Shown one piece after another: positions 1 through 10,169 of a stretch of 64,000 nt of DNA. The stretch's first letter is position 1; the number at the start of each line of letters is the position of its first letter. The DNA comes from Promethearchaeati archaeon (GTDB lineage Archaea > Asgardarchaeota > Heimdallarchaeia > JABLTI01), in contig JABLTI010000002.1 of assembly GCA_013166835.1 (NCBI GenBank), positions 22,911 to 86,910 of the forward strand, read 5' to 3'. The notes under the pieces were generated by a model. It saw only the letters and a program-made list of their open reading frames with translations. It searched no databases and was not told where the DNA came from. The position numbers and the translations under genes are program-made.

Positions 1-92
1 GGCACAAAGACAGTTATGAGAATTGTTTTCCAAGTAAAGACAAGTCTCAAATCTTTTCTTAATATTGCTCCAAACTGACTTTTCTTTTTCAT
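1..92 (-). CDS. ABC-2 type permease, N-terminal part (runs off the window)
   Basis: The ATG at 92 overlaps the ATPase stop (ATGA). Translation MKKKSQFGAILRKDLRLVFTWKTILITVFV has the typical 'AI..KDLR' start of ABC-2 permeases. Not in the ORF track. Confidence 0.7.
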   Translation of the reverse strand, partial: MKKKSQFGAILRKDLRLVFTWKTILITVFV

Positions 93-892
93 TTGCCTTC
101 CTCCAATACAGACTCCTTTAGAGTTTTTGCTGTGTTAAGTTGTCTTCCTATTTTGAAAGCAGAAATAATTGCTTCCTCAAAATCTGAATCTGGAGCATAC
201 GCTTGAATAACTTCTCCCTTTGTTCCCTCAAATACTAACTCTCCATCCTTCAAAATCCCTGTATGTGTTGCTAAATCTTCTAAATCAGAAGTAATGTGCG
301 AGGACATAACTACTGTTCTTCCTTCTTTTTCTACCAAATCATGTATTATATCTCGAACCATCTTTGCTCGTGCAATATCAAGACCTGTGGTTGGTTCATC
401 TAAAATTATTAAATCGCCACTTGAGATGATAGTTCTTACCAAACTAATAACTCGTTTTTCTCCTCCAGATAATTTCCCGAAATTGAGATCTAGTTTGTCT
501 TCCATCTCTAATAATCTGAGAAGTTTCTCCATATTTATTGTTGCTTCAATTTTATCCACGCCTACAATGGAAGTAAACAAGAGAATATTATCTCGAGTTT
601 TGAAATCCTTATAACCAGCACTTAATTGAGACAAGATGCCAATTTCTGATCTAACAAGTTCAGGATTACTAACAACATCGATACCTTGAACAAAAACTTC
701 TCCGGAAGTAGGTTTGAGTATTCCAGTTAAAATTCTAATAGTTGTAGTTTTACCAGCACCATTTGGACCTAAGAGTGCATAAATACACCCTTTGGGAATA
801 TTTAATGAAACATTTTTCAGAATTTGTTTAGATCCAAAGTTTTTGCACAAATTCTTTGTTTCAATAATGAATTCATTTGACATTTCAATCAC
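89..892 (-). CDS. ABC transporter ATP-binding protein (multidrug/CcmA type)
   Basis: Walker A GPNGAGKT, signature LSGGE, Walker B IILDEPT, H-loop SSH. Confidence 0.95.
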   Translation of the reverse strand: MIEMSNEFIIETKNLCKNFGSKQILKNVSLNIPKGCIYALLGPNGAGKTTTIRILTGILKPTSGEVFVQGIDVVSNPELVRSEIGILSQLSAGYKDFKTRDNILLFTSIVGVDKIEATINMEKLLRLLEMEDKLDLNFGKLSGGEKRVISLVRTIISSGDLIILDEPTTGLDIARAKMVRDIIHDLVEKEGRTVVMSSHITSDLEDLATHTGILKDGELVFEGTKGEVIQAYAPDSDFEEAIISAFKIGRQLNTAKTLKESVLEEGK

Positions 893-1017
893 ATATCATG
901 GATTTTACGAATTAGGGTAAGTGAATAAATTTAATCCTACTTGATTTGAATAGAGAGATTGAGTATAAAAACAAGTTCAAATCTCTAAAAATTCTTTTGT
1001 ATGGAAATTTCGTAATG

Positions 1018-2079
1018 TTATTTCTTCAAATAGAATTTATATCTTGGGGTTTTTTCAATTCCTCCTTCCCAGACAAATTCTAGTCTTCTTTCTATGATTT
1101 TTTTCTTTTCGAGCTTTTTCAAATAATCATAAATTATTGGACTGAAGGACAACCCATTAATTGGTGAGAGATCACTGAATTCCTCCTTTGTTAATCCAAT
1201 CTTCTCACTGTTATTCATAATAAACACCCAAATACCCGCAACATCATTTTGTTGATTTTTTATTGCTTCAAGAACTATCTTTGTGAATTCATCCTTTTTG
1301 GGGGAAAAATCTGGGGGAGATCGATGATGTAGTAATTGTTCAACTGAAATATTGTTTCTCTCTAGAGTAATTAACACATTCTGTGGTGGTTCAAACTTGC
1401 AAGGGAGAAGTGTTTTCACAGCTTTAAATCCAACTTCAAATGAACTGAAAAAGGAACTGTGTTGAGAACAACTCAAATACAGTGGTTGCATCCAATTTGC
1501 TATGAAAATTTGGTTTGGATAATATTTATGTAGAACAACAAAGGCGAATTGTCCTTGGAAGTTTTCACAAGATTTCTTTATTGCTTCCTTAATATCATCC
1601 GTTTTGTGAAGATTTTCTTCTAGAAGAAACCCGAAAATTTCACTATCACAATAATCTACAACAATTTCTTTTGTTTCCTTATCATAGTATTCCGATTTTG
1701 ATTTAAATTCATAACCCTTTGCTTCTAAATCATCTATGTACGGCTTATAATTTGTTATAGTGCCATTATGCATAGTTACGAATGTTTTATCGTTGTTCCA
1801 GAAAGGGTGTGCTTTATCTACAGTATTAGTTTCAGCATTTTTCACATTCTTTATTGCATACCTTGTATGACCAATCCCAATCTCTGGTTCTTCTTTTATT
1901 TGAAAGAGTTCCTTAAAATTCTTCATTGGTCCTACTGTTTTATACATTGTAATTCCTGCATCATTCATAGTTGCTAGCCCTGTTGCTTGGGCTCCAATAA
2001 TTGGTTCTTGGACTTCTAGCGAATCAAGTATGATAGGTATGCAGTTTTTATTTCCGATATAACCAGCTAAATGACACAT
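1018..2079 (-). CDS. Class II (Ntn) glutamine amidotransferase-like protein with C-terminal winged-helix-like region
   Basis: N-terminal MC (catalytic Cys), GIGHTRYA, AHPF, HNGTITNY and DSE motifs of the GlmS GATase domain; no SIS domain. Confidence 0.8.
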   Translation of the reverse strand: MCHLAGYIGNKNCIPIILDSLEVQEPIIGAQATGLATMNDAGITMYKTVGPMKNFKELFQIKEEPEIGIGHTRYAIKNVKNAETNTVDKAHPFWNNDKTFVTMHNGTITNYKPYIDDLEAKGYEFKSKSEYYDKETKEIVVDYCDSEIFGFLLEENLHKTDDIKEAIKKSCENFQGQFAFVVLHKYYPNQIFIANWMQPLYLSCSQHSSFFSSFEVGFKAVKTLLPCKFEPPQNVLITLERNNISVEQLLHHRSPPDFSPKKDEFTKIVLEAIKNQQNDVAGIWVFIMNNSEKIGLTKEEFSDLSPINGLSFSPIIYDYLKKLEKKKIIERRLEFVWEGGIEKTPRYKFYLKK

Positions 2080-2106
2080 TTTTTTCCTCTATTTATGGTT
2101 TGATAA

Positions 2107-3078
2107 TTATATGCCGATTTCAACCTTTTGGTGTTTAAGGAATTCCTGAAGATCCTCTCGAGTAGGTAAAGATGTCATTGCGCCTTTTTTCTGAACAACT
2201 AGAGCTCCTACAGCATTACCAATGATCCCTGCTTCCTGTATTGATTTCTCTTCTAACAAGCCAAAAATGAACCCAACATTAAATCCATCACCAGCGCCGG
2301 TTGTATCTAAAACTTGGACATCAAATGATGGAACTGCAAGAAAGAAATCTTCTCTTTTCTTAATGAGACATCCTTCCTTTCCTCTTTTAAGTGCAACAAT
2401 ATCAATAGGATACTTTTTCATGATTAAATCAACGGCTTCTTGCTCTTCAATATCTTCTCTTTGTAAAATGAATTTTAATTCTTCTAAAGAAGGATATAAG
2501 ATATCTGTTTTTTTCAAAACCTTATCCATTATCTCCCTCAAAGTCTTGAGATTATCCCATAAATCTAAACGAAGATTCGGATCAAAACATGAGATCCCTC
2601 CTGCTTCTCGACATTTATCTATAGCAGAGATTGTTGCTGTTCTACTTGGCTCTTCAGTTAATGATACTGTTCCAAAGTGAATGTATTTAGCATTCGTTAA
2701 ATATTCTAATTTTAATTCCTTCTCTGTTAACTGTAAATCTGCGGCATTTTTTCTATAAAATACAAAATCCCTTTCGGCATCTTCATCCAATGAAACGAAA
2801 GCAAGGGCTGTCCGTTCATTTTTCTGTGCTTTTATTACATTCTCAGTGTTAACTTTCTCATTTTTCAATACTTCAATGAGATATTCTCCAAATGGATCAT
2901 TACCAACTTTACCAACAAAAGCTACATCTACTCCTAATCTTGCTAATCCAACTGCAAAATTTGCAGGAGCACCACCAGGACACTTTTGAAAACTTTTTAC
3001 TTTATTTATAACCCCTACTTCCTCAGAGATAAAATCAATGAGCACTTCACCTATAGAAAGCACAACAGGAAAACCCAC
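2107..3078 (-). CDS. PfkB-family carbohydrate kinase (fructokinase-like)
   Basis: GEVLIDF, PGGAPAN, FDPNLR and DTTGAGDGF motifs. Confidence 0.93.
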   Translation of the reverse strand: MGFPVVLSIGEVLIDFISEEVGVINKVKSFQKCPGGAPANFAVGLARLGVDVAFVGKVGNDPFGEYLIEVLKNEKVNTENVIKAQKNERTALAFVSLDEDAERDFVFYRKNAADLQLTEKELKLEYLTNAKYIHFGTVSLTEEPSRTATISAIDKCREAGGISCFDPNLRLDLWDNLKTLREIMDKVLKKTDILYPSLEELKFILQREDIEEQEAVDLIMKKYPIDIVALKRGKEGCLIKKREDFFLAVPSFDVQVLDTTGAGDGFNVGFIFGLLEEKSIQEAGIIGNAVGALVVQKKGAMTSLPTREDLQEFLKHQKVEIGI

Positions 3079-3263
3079 TTTAGATCACGGGTCAATTATT
3101 TGTTTTACTTTTGAAAAAGATTTTCCTCATAAAACTGTATTGAATTTCATTTCAATAAATTTAAAATTCGTAAAAGCTAACCTTATTAAGTAAAAATACC
3201 TTATGTAGATAAATCAAATATATAATTCGATTTTATCTCTAATACCCTTGGAGTAAATGAATC

Positions 3264-3785
3264 TTGAGTGAAATATTCCTAGACTGTGATTCCCCTTGTG
3301 TGAGTTGCCCGTTCAATAGAATTTTCAAGATTGGCAACTTTAATGGCAGGCATCTTCGAGGTTCTTATTATTGTGTAAATGATGGTATTTTGTACCTCTG
3401 TAAAAGAGGAGTTGGTTTTAGAATGGTTAAGGGGCAATTACGACCATTCTGTCCAAGATGTGATAGGGAATTAGGGCAAATCATTCTAAGTTATAATCAA
3501 GGAAAAGACTTCCGTCCTTTTGAAGACGATATTTTACTTGTTGTTCGTATTCCTCTTCAATCGAGATTTGACATCACAAAGGTTCTAAGAGGATCCTATT
3601 TCAAAGATCTTTCAGAGGTCTTACTATACATCTATTTCAATGAAGGCGAAGGTGAGTTTAATATTGTCAGATACAGAAAATCTGATAATCAATACTCTGT
3701 GATCTTCTCAGGTAGAATAAGTTCAGATGATATAGAAATTGAAATTATTAGAACAGAAGTAATCGAACCTCCTCAGCTACGATGA
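3264..3785 (+). CDS. Hypothetical Cys-rich (probable zinc-binding) protein
   Basis: CDSPCVSC, YYC..YLC and CPRC cysteine clusters. Confidence 0.55.
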   Translation: MSEIFLDCDSPCVSCPFNRIFKIGNFNGRHLRGSYYCVNDGILYLCKRGVGFRMVKGQLRPFCPRCDRELGQIILSYNQGKDFRPFEDDILLVVRIPLQSRFDITKVLRGSYFKDLSEVLLYIYFNEGEGEFNIVRYRKSDNQYSVIFSGRISSDDIEIEIIRTEVIEPPQLR

Positions 3786-3853
3786 AAAAAATATACTATC
3801 TTTCTTGTGAAAATCTTTTTAATGGTACTAGCTGAAGTAGGATTTGTGATACA

Positions 3854-4090
3854 ATGTCCCAAACAAACAAATTGTTTCATATTTGCCATGTAATGTTCTC
3901 CAATGGTGTTACTAAACCTGAAATGTCACGAACTTTACAAGAGCTACAAGGCATCATCGAACATGTTGAAGACTATGATATGCCGGTTATTATGAAGGAT
4001 CTTATTGAACAAGGATACGTTGGGGAATTTGAAGGAAAATATTTCCTTCTAGGGAAAGGTATCATTGCAGTAGCAGCGATATTTACCTAA
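3854..4090 (+). CDS. Small winged-helix-like hypothetical protein
   Basis: L.E.GYV..FEGKYFLL.KG pattern typical of a wHTH wing. Confidence 0.55.
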   Translation: MSQTNKLFHICHVMFSNGVTKPEMSRTLQELQGIIEHVEDYDMPVIMKDLIEQGYVGEFEGKYFLLGKGIIAVAAIFT

Positions 4091-4229
4091 TAACTTCAAT
4101 GTGCTCTACTACACGTTGTTGGGATAAACTACAACAAGTTTTTAGAGAACAAAAATGAAAGTTATTAGTTGTACGAATGAAAATGAAAACATTACATATG
4201 AAAATTATGACCTACTAGGAGAAATTAAG

Positions 4230-4889
4230 GTGTCAAAGAGTAAGAAACCAAAAGGAATTATCCTTGTCTCTTTTGAATATCCCCCAAGGAGATTAACTAA
4301 AACTAGCGATGTAGTTTTCAAGTTAGCTCAGCACCTTACAAAACAAAAAGTGAAAACACATGTTATTACTTTTGATGATTGGCGTTCCGGTACAGAAGTA
4401 GAAAAGAAAATTATTGTTACTCGTATTCCGAATCATATACCAAATAATATTTCACCTTTTTCGACTATTATGAATTTGAAACCTGCCTATCAAAGTGCTA
4501 TTACATCTGTTTTACAGAAGGAACAAATTGATGTGATTCATTTCTTTAATTGGCAAACACTTCCGTTATTGATTCCATGGGGGTCAAGTTTGGATGCTGC
4601 AAAGATGTATACAGCTTCATCTGTTCAATTAACTCGAGATGCATCTTCATCCCCACAAAATGATGGAATTAAAAAAGTAGAGCAAAAGAGTTTGAAAGAA
4701 TTAGATTTTATTCTAGCGGATTCAATAGCTGTAATGAAATTTCTACATAATGATTATGAAATTGATGAGAAAAAAGTCTTATTGCAGCCTTTAATTGACA
4801 TAAATTACTCGAAAAATGTTTACTTAATTTATCAGAAAATGGTTGAAAAAGCTGAATTAAAAAAAGAAGAAAAGAAGGGTAAAAAATAA
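4230..4889 (+). CDS. Glycosyltransferase family 4 N-terminal-domain-only protein
   Basis: SFEYPP, HVIT and DVIHFFNW motifs parallel the adjacent GT4; nucleotide-sugar-binding domain absent; probable GTG start at 4230 after AGGAG. Confidence 0.7.
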   Translation: MSKSKKPKGIILVSFEYPPRRLTKTSDVVFKLAQHLTKQKVKTHVITFDDWRSGTEVEKKIIVTRIPNHIPNNISPFSTIMNLKPAYQSAITSVLQKEQIDVIHFFNWQTLPLLIPWGSSLDAAKMYTASSVQLTRDASSSPQNDGIKKVEQKSLKELDFILADSIAVMKFLHNDYEIDEKKVLLQPLIDINYSKNVYLIYQKMVEKAELKKEEKKGKK

Positions 4890-4890
4890 A

Positions 4891-6129
4891 ATGTCTCTAA
4901 ACGTGCTAATGCTAAGTTGGGAATTTCCTCCATTCAAGGTTGGCGGTTTAGCAGCACATGTTTATGATTTATCGAAAATGCTTGTTAAAAAAGGCTATAA
5001 TATTCATGTTGTTACTTGTAGCTTTCCAGGAACTGCTGATTATGAATTAGTTGATGGAGTTCATGTCCATCGTTTTGATGCTTATGAAATTCCTGCTCCT
5101 GAATTTCTTCAATGGGATTTGAACATGAATGTCCTAATGGAAAAGAAAGCTATAGAGATTATCAATGAACATGATATAGATATAATCCATGCTCACGATT
5201 GGTTAGTTGCTTCTGCAGCAATTGGCTTGAAGCATTTATTCAGAAAACCTATGATAGCTACTATTCATTCGCTAGAACGAGGTCGAAGAAATGGTCTTTC
5301 AAATGATGGTCAACACATGATTGATCAGATCGAGAATTTCCTTATTCAAGAAGCATGGCACAACATAGTTTGTAGTCAATATATGCAGTCACTCTGTCAC
5401 TTTTCCTTTAGATTTCCAAATGATAAAATGACCATTATACCAAATGGTGTTAGATATGATGATTTCTCTGTTGAGCTTTCAAAAGGAGATGCAGTAAAGC
5501 ATCATAAGAAATATGCGCAAATTGAAGAGCAAATTGTTGCGTATATTGGAAGATTAGTCCCTGAGAAAGGTGTTAATATTTTACTTGGTGCGGTTAAACC
5601 TGTTCTTGAGAAAATGCCTAACACAAAATTCGTTATTGCTGGAGAAGGTTGGCATAGAAATGAATTACAGCGAATTGCAAAAGAATTGAACATTGAAGAA
5701 AAGGTTCTTTTCACCGGATACTTGCCTGAGGAGGATTTCCTAGCTTATTTCAATGTATCAGATATTTTAGTTGTCCCCTCCACTTATGAACCATTTGGGA
5801 TTGTTGCTCTTGAAGGGATGGCTACAAAAACTCCTATAATTGTTTCTGACGTAGGAGGATTATCAGAGATTGTGGATCATCAATGGACAGGAATGAAAGT
5901 TCCAGCTGATAATTCACAAGCCTTAGCTGATTCTATTATTGAATTACTTACAAATGAAACATTAAGAACTCGAATTGTCTCAAATGCCATAGACAAGCTA
6001 AAACATGTCTATGACTGGTTCATAATTGCTGATCATACAATCAAGGTCTACCAAAATGTCTTTGATGAATGGAAAGATCATTCCTGGAAAACTAAAGAAG
6101 ATTCACTCAAATATAAGATAAAGAAATAA
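4891..6129 (+). CDS. Glycosyltransferase family 4 (glycogen/alpha-glucan synthase-like)
   Basis: SWEFPP..GGLA.HV, IIHAHDW, GRLVPEKG, PSTYEPFGIVALEGMA. Confidence 0.93.
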   Translation: MSLNVLMLSWEFPPFKVGGLAAHVYDLSKMLVKKGYNIHVVTCSFPGTADYELVDGVHVHRFDAYEIPAPEFLQWDLNMNVLMEKKAIEIINEHDIDIIHAHDWLVASAAIGLKHLFRKPMIATIHSLERGRRNGLSNDGQHMIDQIENFLIQEAWHNIVCSQYMQSLCHFSFRFPNDKMTIIPNGVRYDDFSVELSKGDAVKHHKKYAQIEEQIVAYIGRLVPEKGVNILLGAVKPVLEKMPNTKFVIAGEGWHRNELQRIAKELNIEEKVLFTGYLPEEDFLAYFNVSDILVVPSTYEPFGIVALEGMATKTPIIVSDVGGLSEIVDHQWTGMKVPADNSQALADSIIELLTNETLRTRIVSNAIDKLKHVYDWFIIADHTIKVYQNVFDEWKDHSWKTKEDSLKYKIKK

Positions 6130-6135
6130 TTCTTT

Positions 6136-7359
6136 TTAGACAGAAAGGTAAATTTCTTTTTGGGCCTCAAAAATCTCATTAAAGATTCTTTTTACTGTCT
6201 CAATTTCATTATTATCTGTACAATTTTTCAAAACAACTTTTAGAGCTTCGGATGAAGCAAGAATCAATTGATTTAATCCTTTAAGGATCATTTCTGAAGA
6301 ATACCAAGGTCTTCCTGAAGCCCACCATAGTTGACAGCTATGCAATCCCATGTCTAACCATGACCGAGCATTTTCGTATCTCGTAACAATTTCCTTTGGT
6401 TGTTTATGATTATTATTGAAATATCTTTGAGCTTTCCCAACTAGAAAAAGTGTATGATTCATAACAGTTAATTGTAAATTGTGTATACGGTTATTCGGAT
6501 CAGACCACAGAGGAAATGGCACTCCTTGTTGTAAATCTTCTGCAGTTGTAGACCAAGTACTTGGCACAGGATTTACTTTTCTCTCTTGAGAGAAGTATTG
6601 AGGTAACTCAGCGATTTTTACTAGCTTAACCTCTGAATCTTGATTTATCTTTGCAATCAATGGTTCGAAGAACTTCTCAATTAATCCCTTGATATGGTGT
6701 CCATAAGTTTCCCCATCCATTGCTAAAATAACATAATAATCATCATTTTCAGGTTTTTTTGTACCCTTTAATTCTTGATAAAACTCTTCCACAGTTGGAT
6801 CCTTAAATGAAATTAAATTTGATAGTAAATCATTTCTAAAATAAATCTTGAAATTTGACTTTACAAATGGTATAAAGTCGTCTGGGAGTTCAACTTCTGG
6901 TGTTGCAACACTTGAGATAACTGTCCATTCGAAATTTTCAGCTATTAATGGTTCTATTACTCCATATTCATATGCCATTTCTGGTAACCAGAAACCTTTT
7001 GGTCTGAAGACATTTTCACCTAAAACCTTGTTGTATATTTCCTCATTGAGTTTTATCTGTCTGATTATTTCCTCTTGAGGTATTAACGGTAAAATAGCAT
7101 GATAACAACTAGAACCTATCAAATCTATTTGTTCTTTTATTACAAGAGATTTTATTGCATCAAGTAATTTGTTTTCTTCATATAGATTTAGCAATTCAAT
7201 TAGTGAACCATTTATGTTGAAAGTTATTCTTGTTTCAGGATTTTTTGCTATTACCTCAAATAGCGGTAGGTAAGATTCTTTGATTATTTGCTTTAGAATC
7301 GCAGGTGTTTGAGTGGGTGGTTGATAAATATGTAGTACTAATGCAACGTATAATGTCAT
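6136..7359 (-). CDS. Glycoside hydrolase family 57
   Basis: HIYQP, ESYLP, GFWLPEMA (nucleophile), MDGETYGHH (acid/base), SCQLWW. Confidence 0.92.
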   Translation of the reverse strand: MTLYVALVLHIYQPPTQTPAILKQIIKESYLPLFEVIAKNPETRITFNINGSLIELLNLYEENKLLDAIKSLVIKEQIDLIGSSCYHAILPLIPQEEIIRQIKLNEEIYNKVLGENVFRPKGFWLPEMAYEYGVIEPLIAENFEWTVISSVATPEVELPDDFIPFVKSNFKIYFRNDLLSNLISFKDPTVEEFYQELKGTKKPENDDYYVILAMDGETYGHHIKGLIEKFFEPLIAKINQDSEVKLVKIAELPQYFSQERKVNPVPSTWSTTAEDLQQGVPFPLWSDPNNRIHNLQLTVMNHTLFLVGKAQRYFNNNHKQPKEIVTRYENARSWLDMGLHSCQLWWASGRPWYSSEMILKGLNQLILASSEALKVVLKNCTDNNEIETVKRIFNEIFEAQKEIYLSV

Positions 7360-7562
7360 TTATTCAGGTTCCATCTTGAGTTTGTTATATTTTTCTTTAA
7401 TCTTGGTGATATAGGTTAAAAGATTTTAGATTGTCATAAAATTAACTAAAATTATTTTTTTACTTTCCCCCAAATTACAAACTCATACTTTATGGATTTA
7501 ACCGAAAGTTTCTTTAAACCCTCACAAAGTTGTTGAATTATTACAAAATCGGAGGAAAAATT

Positions 7563-7916
7563 GTGTCAAAAGGCATTAGTCCCCAATTAGAAGATAAAAT
7601 AAAAAGATACCAATCTTTGCAACAGCAAATGGGTTCCCTTCAACAACAAATACAAGCTGTAAAACTTGAACAACTTGACATTGATAAAGCTCTAAAAGAA
7701 ATTGAAGAATTACCAGATAACGAAGAATGTTATCGTAGTATTGGTAGACTTCTAGTTAAAAGTACAATTAAAGAAACTAAAGTGAAGCTAGGTGAACAAA
7801 AGGATCTTTATGATACTCGAGTAAAGCTTGCAGAGAAAAGCTACGAAAAGATCAAGAAGCAATTTGAAGACCTTGAAAAAGACATTAAGGCTGCTTTAGA
7901 AACTGGTGAAAAATAG
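7563..7916 (+). CDS. pfdB: Prefoldin subunit beta
   Basis: Coiled coil with ALKEIEEL..CYRSIGRLLVKS hairpin; conserved archaeal pfdB-DUF3194-DHH context; probable GTG start at 7563 after GGAGG. Confidence 0.9.
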   Translation: MSKGISPQLEDKIKRYQSLQQQMGSLQQQIQAVKLEQLDIDKALKEIEELPDNEECYRSIGRLLVKSTIKETKVKLGEQKDLYDTRVKLAEKSYEKIKKQFEDLEKDIKAALETGEK

Positions 7917-7934
7917 TTTTTTTAGATTTTTTGG

Positions 7935-8261
7935 GTGATTCTTTTGAGTGACGAAGAAAGTCCCCAAACAACTTTTGTTGGTTTAAGAGAACTCACTGAG
8001 GTAGATATTGAGCAATTGTCTGATGAAGTATTACAATTAGTTCGAAAATTCCTTAGTGAGAAGATTCCCCAACACAATATAGACCAATATGATATTATTA
8101 TTGATATTGATAATTCTAAAGAAGATCTCAGTATAGATATTGATATCAATTTAGATTTACCTCCTCGGTTTGATCTTGATGAGGAAAAAATCATTCAAGA
8201 AACAATGGATAAAACGTTTATTGAACTGGAAAAAATACTAAAGGAGAATTTTTCTAGTTGA
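7935..8261 (+). CDS. DUF3194-like small acidic protein
   Basis: 'VGLRELTEVDIEQLS' start, acidic beta-rich core, position downstream of pfdB. Confidence 0.7.
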   Translation: MILLSDEESPQTTFVGLRELTEVDIEQLSDEVLQLVRKFLSEKIPQHNIDQYDIIIDIDNSKEDLSIDIDINLDLPPRFDLDEEKIIQETMDKTFIELEKILKENFSS

Positions 8262-9268
8262 GCATAAAAGGAAAATTCCTGAAAAGAATGAAAAAAGGGA
8301 ATTATGATAATATAGCTATTGTTGGACATTCAAGTATTGATCCTGATTCAATTGCTTCTGCTTTTGGGATGGAATTTATTGTTAAAAAATTACATTCACC
8401 CATAAATGTTGATGTTTTAGTAGATGGTATTAGTAAACATACATCTAAAGTAATGGAATATTTTGATAAAGAATATAAAGTTGAATCAAAGAAAAAATAT
8501 GATCTTATTATAATTGTTGATGTTAATGTCCCCAGTCAATTAGGCAAATTTTTAGAATTAATACAATCTCATGATAAAGAAAACATTATTCTTATCGATC
8601 ATCACTCTCACACTGATTTTGCAGAATCAAATACCTCTATTGCTTATATTGATGAAAGTAGGACTTCAACTGCTGAGATGGTTTTGGAACTAATTCTTGA
8701 ACTCTCATTAAAACCACCAGACAATCTCCTCAATATTCTGCTTTCAGGCATTCTATATGATAGTCGGAGATTTTATTCTCTAAATCAAAAAACTCTCGAC
8801 CTCGTGAATAAGATGTTTCAGCTGGGGGTTGACTATGATTTTGCTGTAAGTCTAATTCAGAAGCGTCTTGAGGATTCAGAACGGATTGCAAGAATTAAAT
8901 GTGTTTCGAGAATCCAATATGAAAAAATACAAGATTGGATTCTAGTATGGAGTAGAGTGGGATCACATGAAGGTTCTTCCGCTCGAGCAATTTTGGAAGT
9001 GGGGGCAGATGTTGCATTAATTTATTCTACAAGAGCTAAAGAAACACGACTTAACGTTAGAGCTACTCACGCATTTCATCGAAAAACTAACATTCATTTT
9101 GGCAAAGATATCATGAAGGAATTAAGTGTTGAATTCAAAGGTGATGGAGGAGGTCATTCAACAGCAGCTGCATTGAATATACCAGCGATAGTTAGTGAAG
9201 AGAAACTAAAGAAATCAACTCTAGAACTTTTAAAGAACCTTATACAGAAAAATAGAAGCGAAACTTGA
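8258..9268 (+). CDS. DHH/DHHA1 family phosphoesterase
   Basis: GH..DPDSIASA, IIVD, IDHH and GGGH..AA motifs. Confidence 0.92.
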   Translation: MSIKGKFLKRMKKGNYDNIAIVGHSSIDPDSIASAFGMEFIVKKLHSPINVDVLVDGISKHTSKVMEYFDKEYKVESKKKYDLIIIVDVNVPSQLGKFLELIQSHDKENIILIDHHSHTDFAESNTSIAYIDESRTSTAEMVLELILELSLKPPDNLLNILLSGILYDSRRFYSLNQKTLDLVNKMFQLGVDYDFAVSLIQKRLEDSERIARIKCVSRIQYEKIQDWILVWSRVGSHEGSSARAILEVGADVALIYSTRAKETRLNVRATHAFHRKTNIHFGKDIMKELSVEFKGDGGGHSTAAALNIPAIVSEEKLKKSTLELLKNLIQKNRSET

Positions 9269-9281
9269 TGGAGGATTATTT

Positions 9282-10169
9282 TTGCCTAAGAAAGTGGTAC
9301 AATTCAATCGAGTAACATACAAGTATCGCAGCAGTTCATTTCACGCTTTAACTAATGTTTCACTTGATATTAATGAAGGTGATTTTCTCTTATTAGTGGG
9401 TTTTAGCGGTTCAGGAAAATCTACTCTGTTAAAAACCATAAATGGTCTTGTTCCGAATTTCTATGCTGGTTCATTTGGTGGAGAAGTTAGTGTTTATGAT
9501 GAAAAAGTAGCTGAGAAAGACACTGCTTTATTAGCTAAAAAAGTGGGTTTTGTATTTCAGAATCCTGAAAATCAATTATCTAATCTCACCATTGAACGAG
9601 AAATTGCTTTTCCCTTAGAGAATTTTGGTGTTCCTAGAGATGAAATGATTGCCCGTATTGATGAAATAATAACCTTACTAGATATCGAAAAAATTAGGTT
9701 CAAATCCCCATTTGCTATCTCAGGAGGAGAACAACAACTTGCAGCTATTGCTGCTGCATTAGCACTTGATCCCCCTATTTTAGTACTAGATGAAGTTACT
9801 GCTCATCTCTCACCTAAAAGCGCCAATGAATTATTAGCTAAATTATATGAGCTCAATCAAGAATATAATAAAACAATCATAATCTCTGAGCATCGCTTGG
9901 ATAGATGTATTCATTTTGCAAATAAAATGGCATACATCGAAAACGGACATTTGAAAGCCTTTGGTAAACCTCAAGAAGTGTTAGAAAATCCAAATTATCC
10001 TAGAGAGCTTTTACCAAAGATTCCAGCTATTTATTTGAAACTCCAAGAAGAAACTAAAGATTTCTCAACTTTATCAAAACATTACTCCTTTATCTCTAAA
10101 AGAGACTCTGTCCCATTAACTACCAACGATTTCATGTCTATATTTAGTAAGGAGGGTGAGAGAAAGTGA
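9282..10169 (+). CDS. ecfA1: ECF transporter ATPase EcfA
   Basis: GFSGSGKS, VFQNPENQ, ISGGEQQ, LDEVTAHL, EHRL. Confidence 0.9.
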   Translation: MPKKVVQFNRVTYKYRSSSFHALTNVSLDINEGDFLLLVGFSGSGKSTLLKTINGLVPNFYAGSFGGEVSVYDEKVAEKDTALLAKKVGFVFQNPENQLSNLTIEREIAFPLENFGVPRDEMIARIDEIITLLDIEKIRFKSPFAISGGEQQLAAIAAALALDPPILVLDEVTAHLSPKSANELLAKLYELNQEYNKTIIISEHRLDRCIHFANKMAYIENGHLKAFGKPQEVLENPNYPRELLPKIPAIYLKLQEETKDFSTLSKHYSFISKRDSVPLTTNDFMSIFSKEGERK

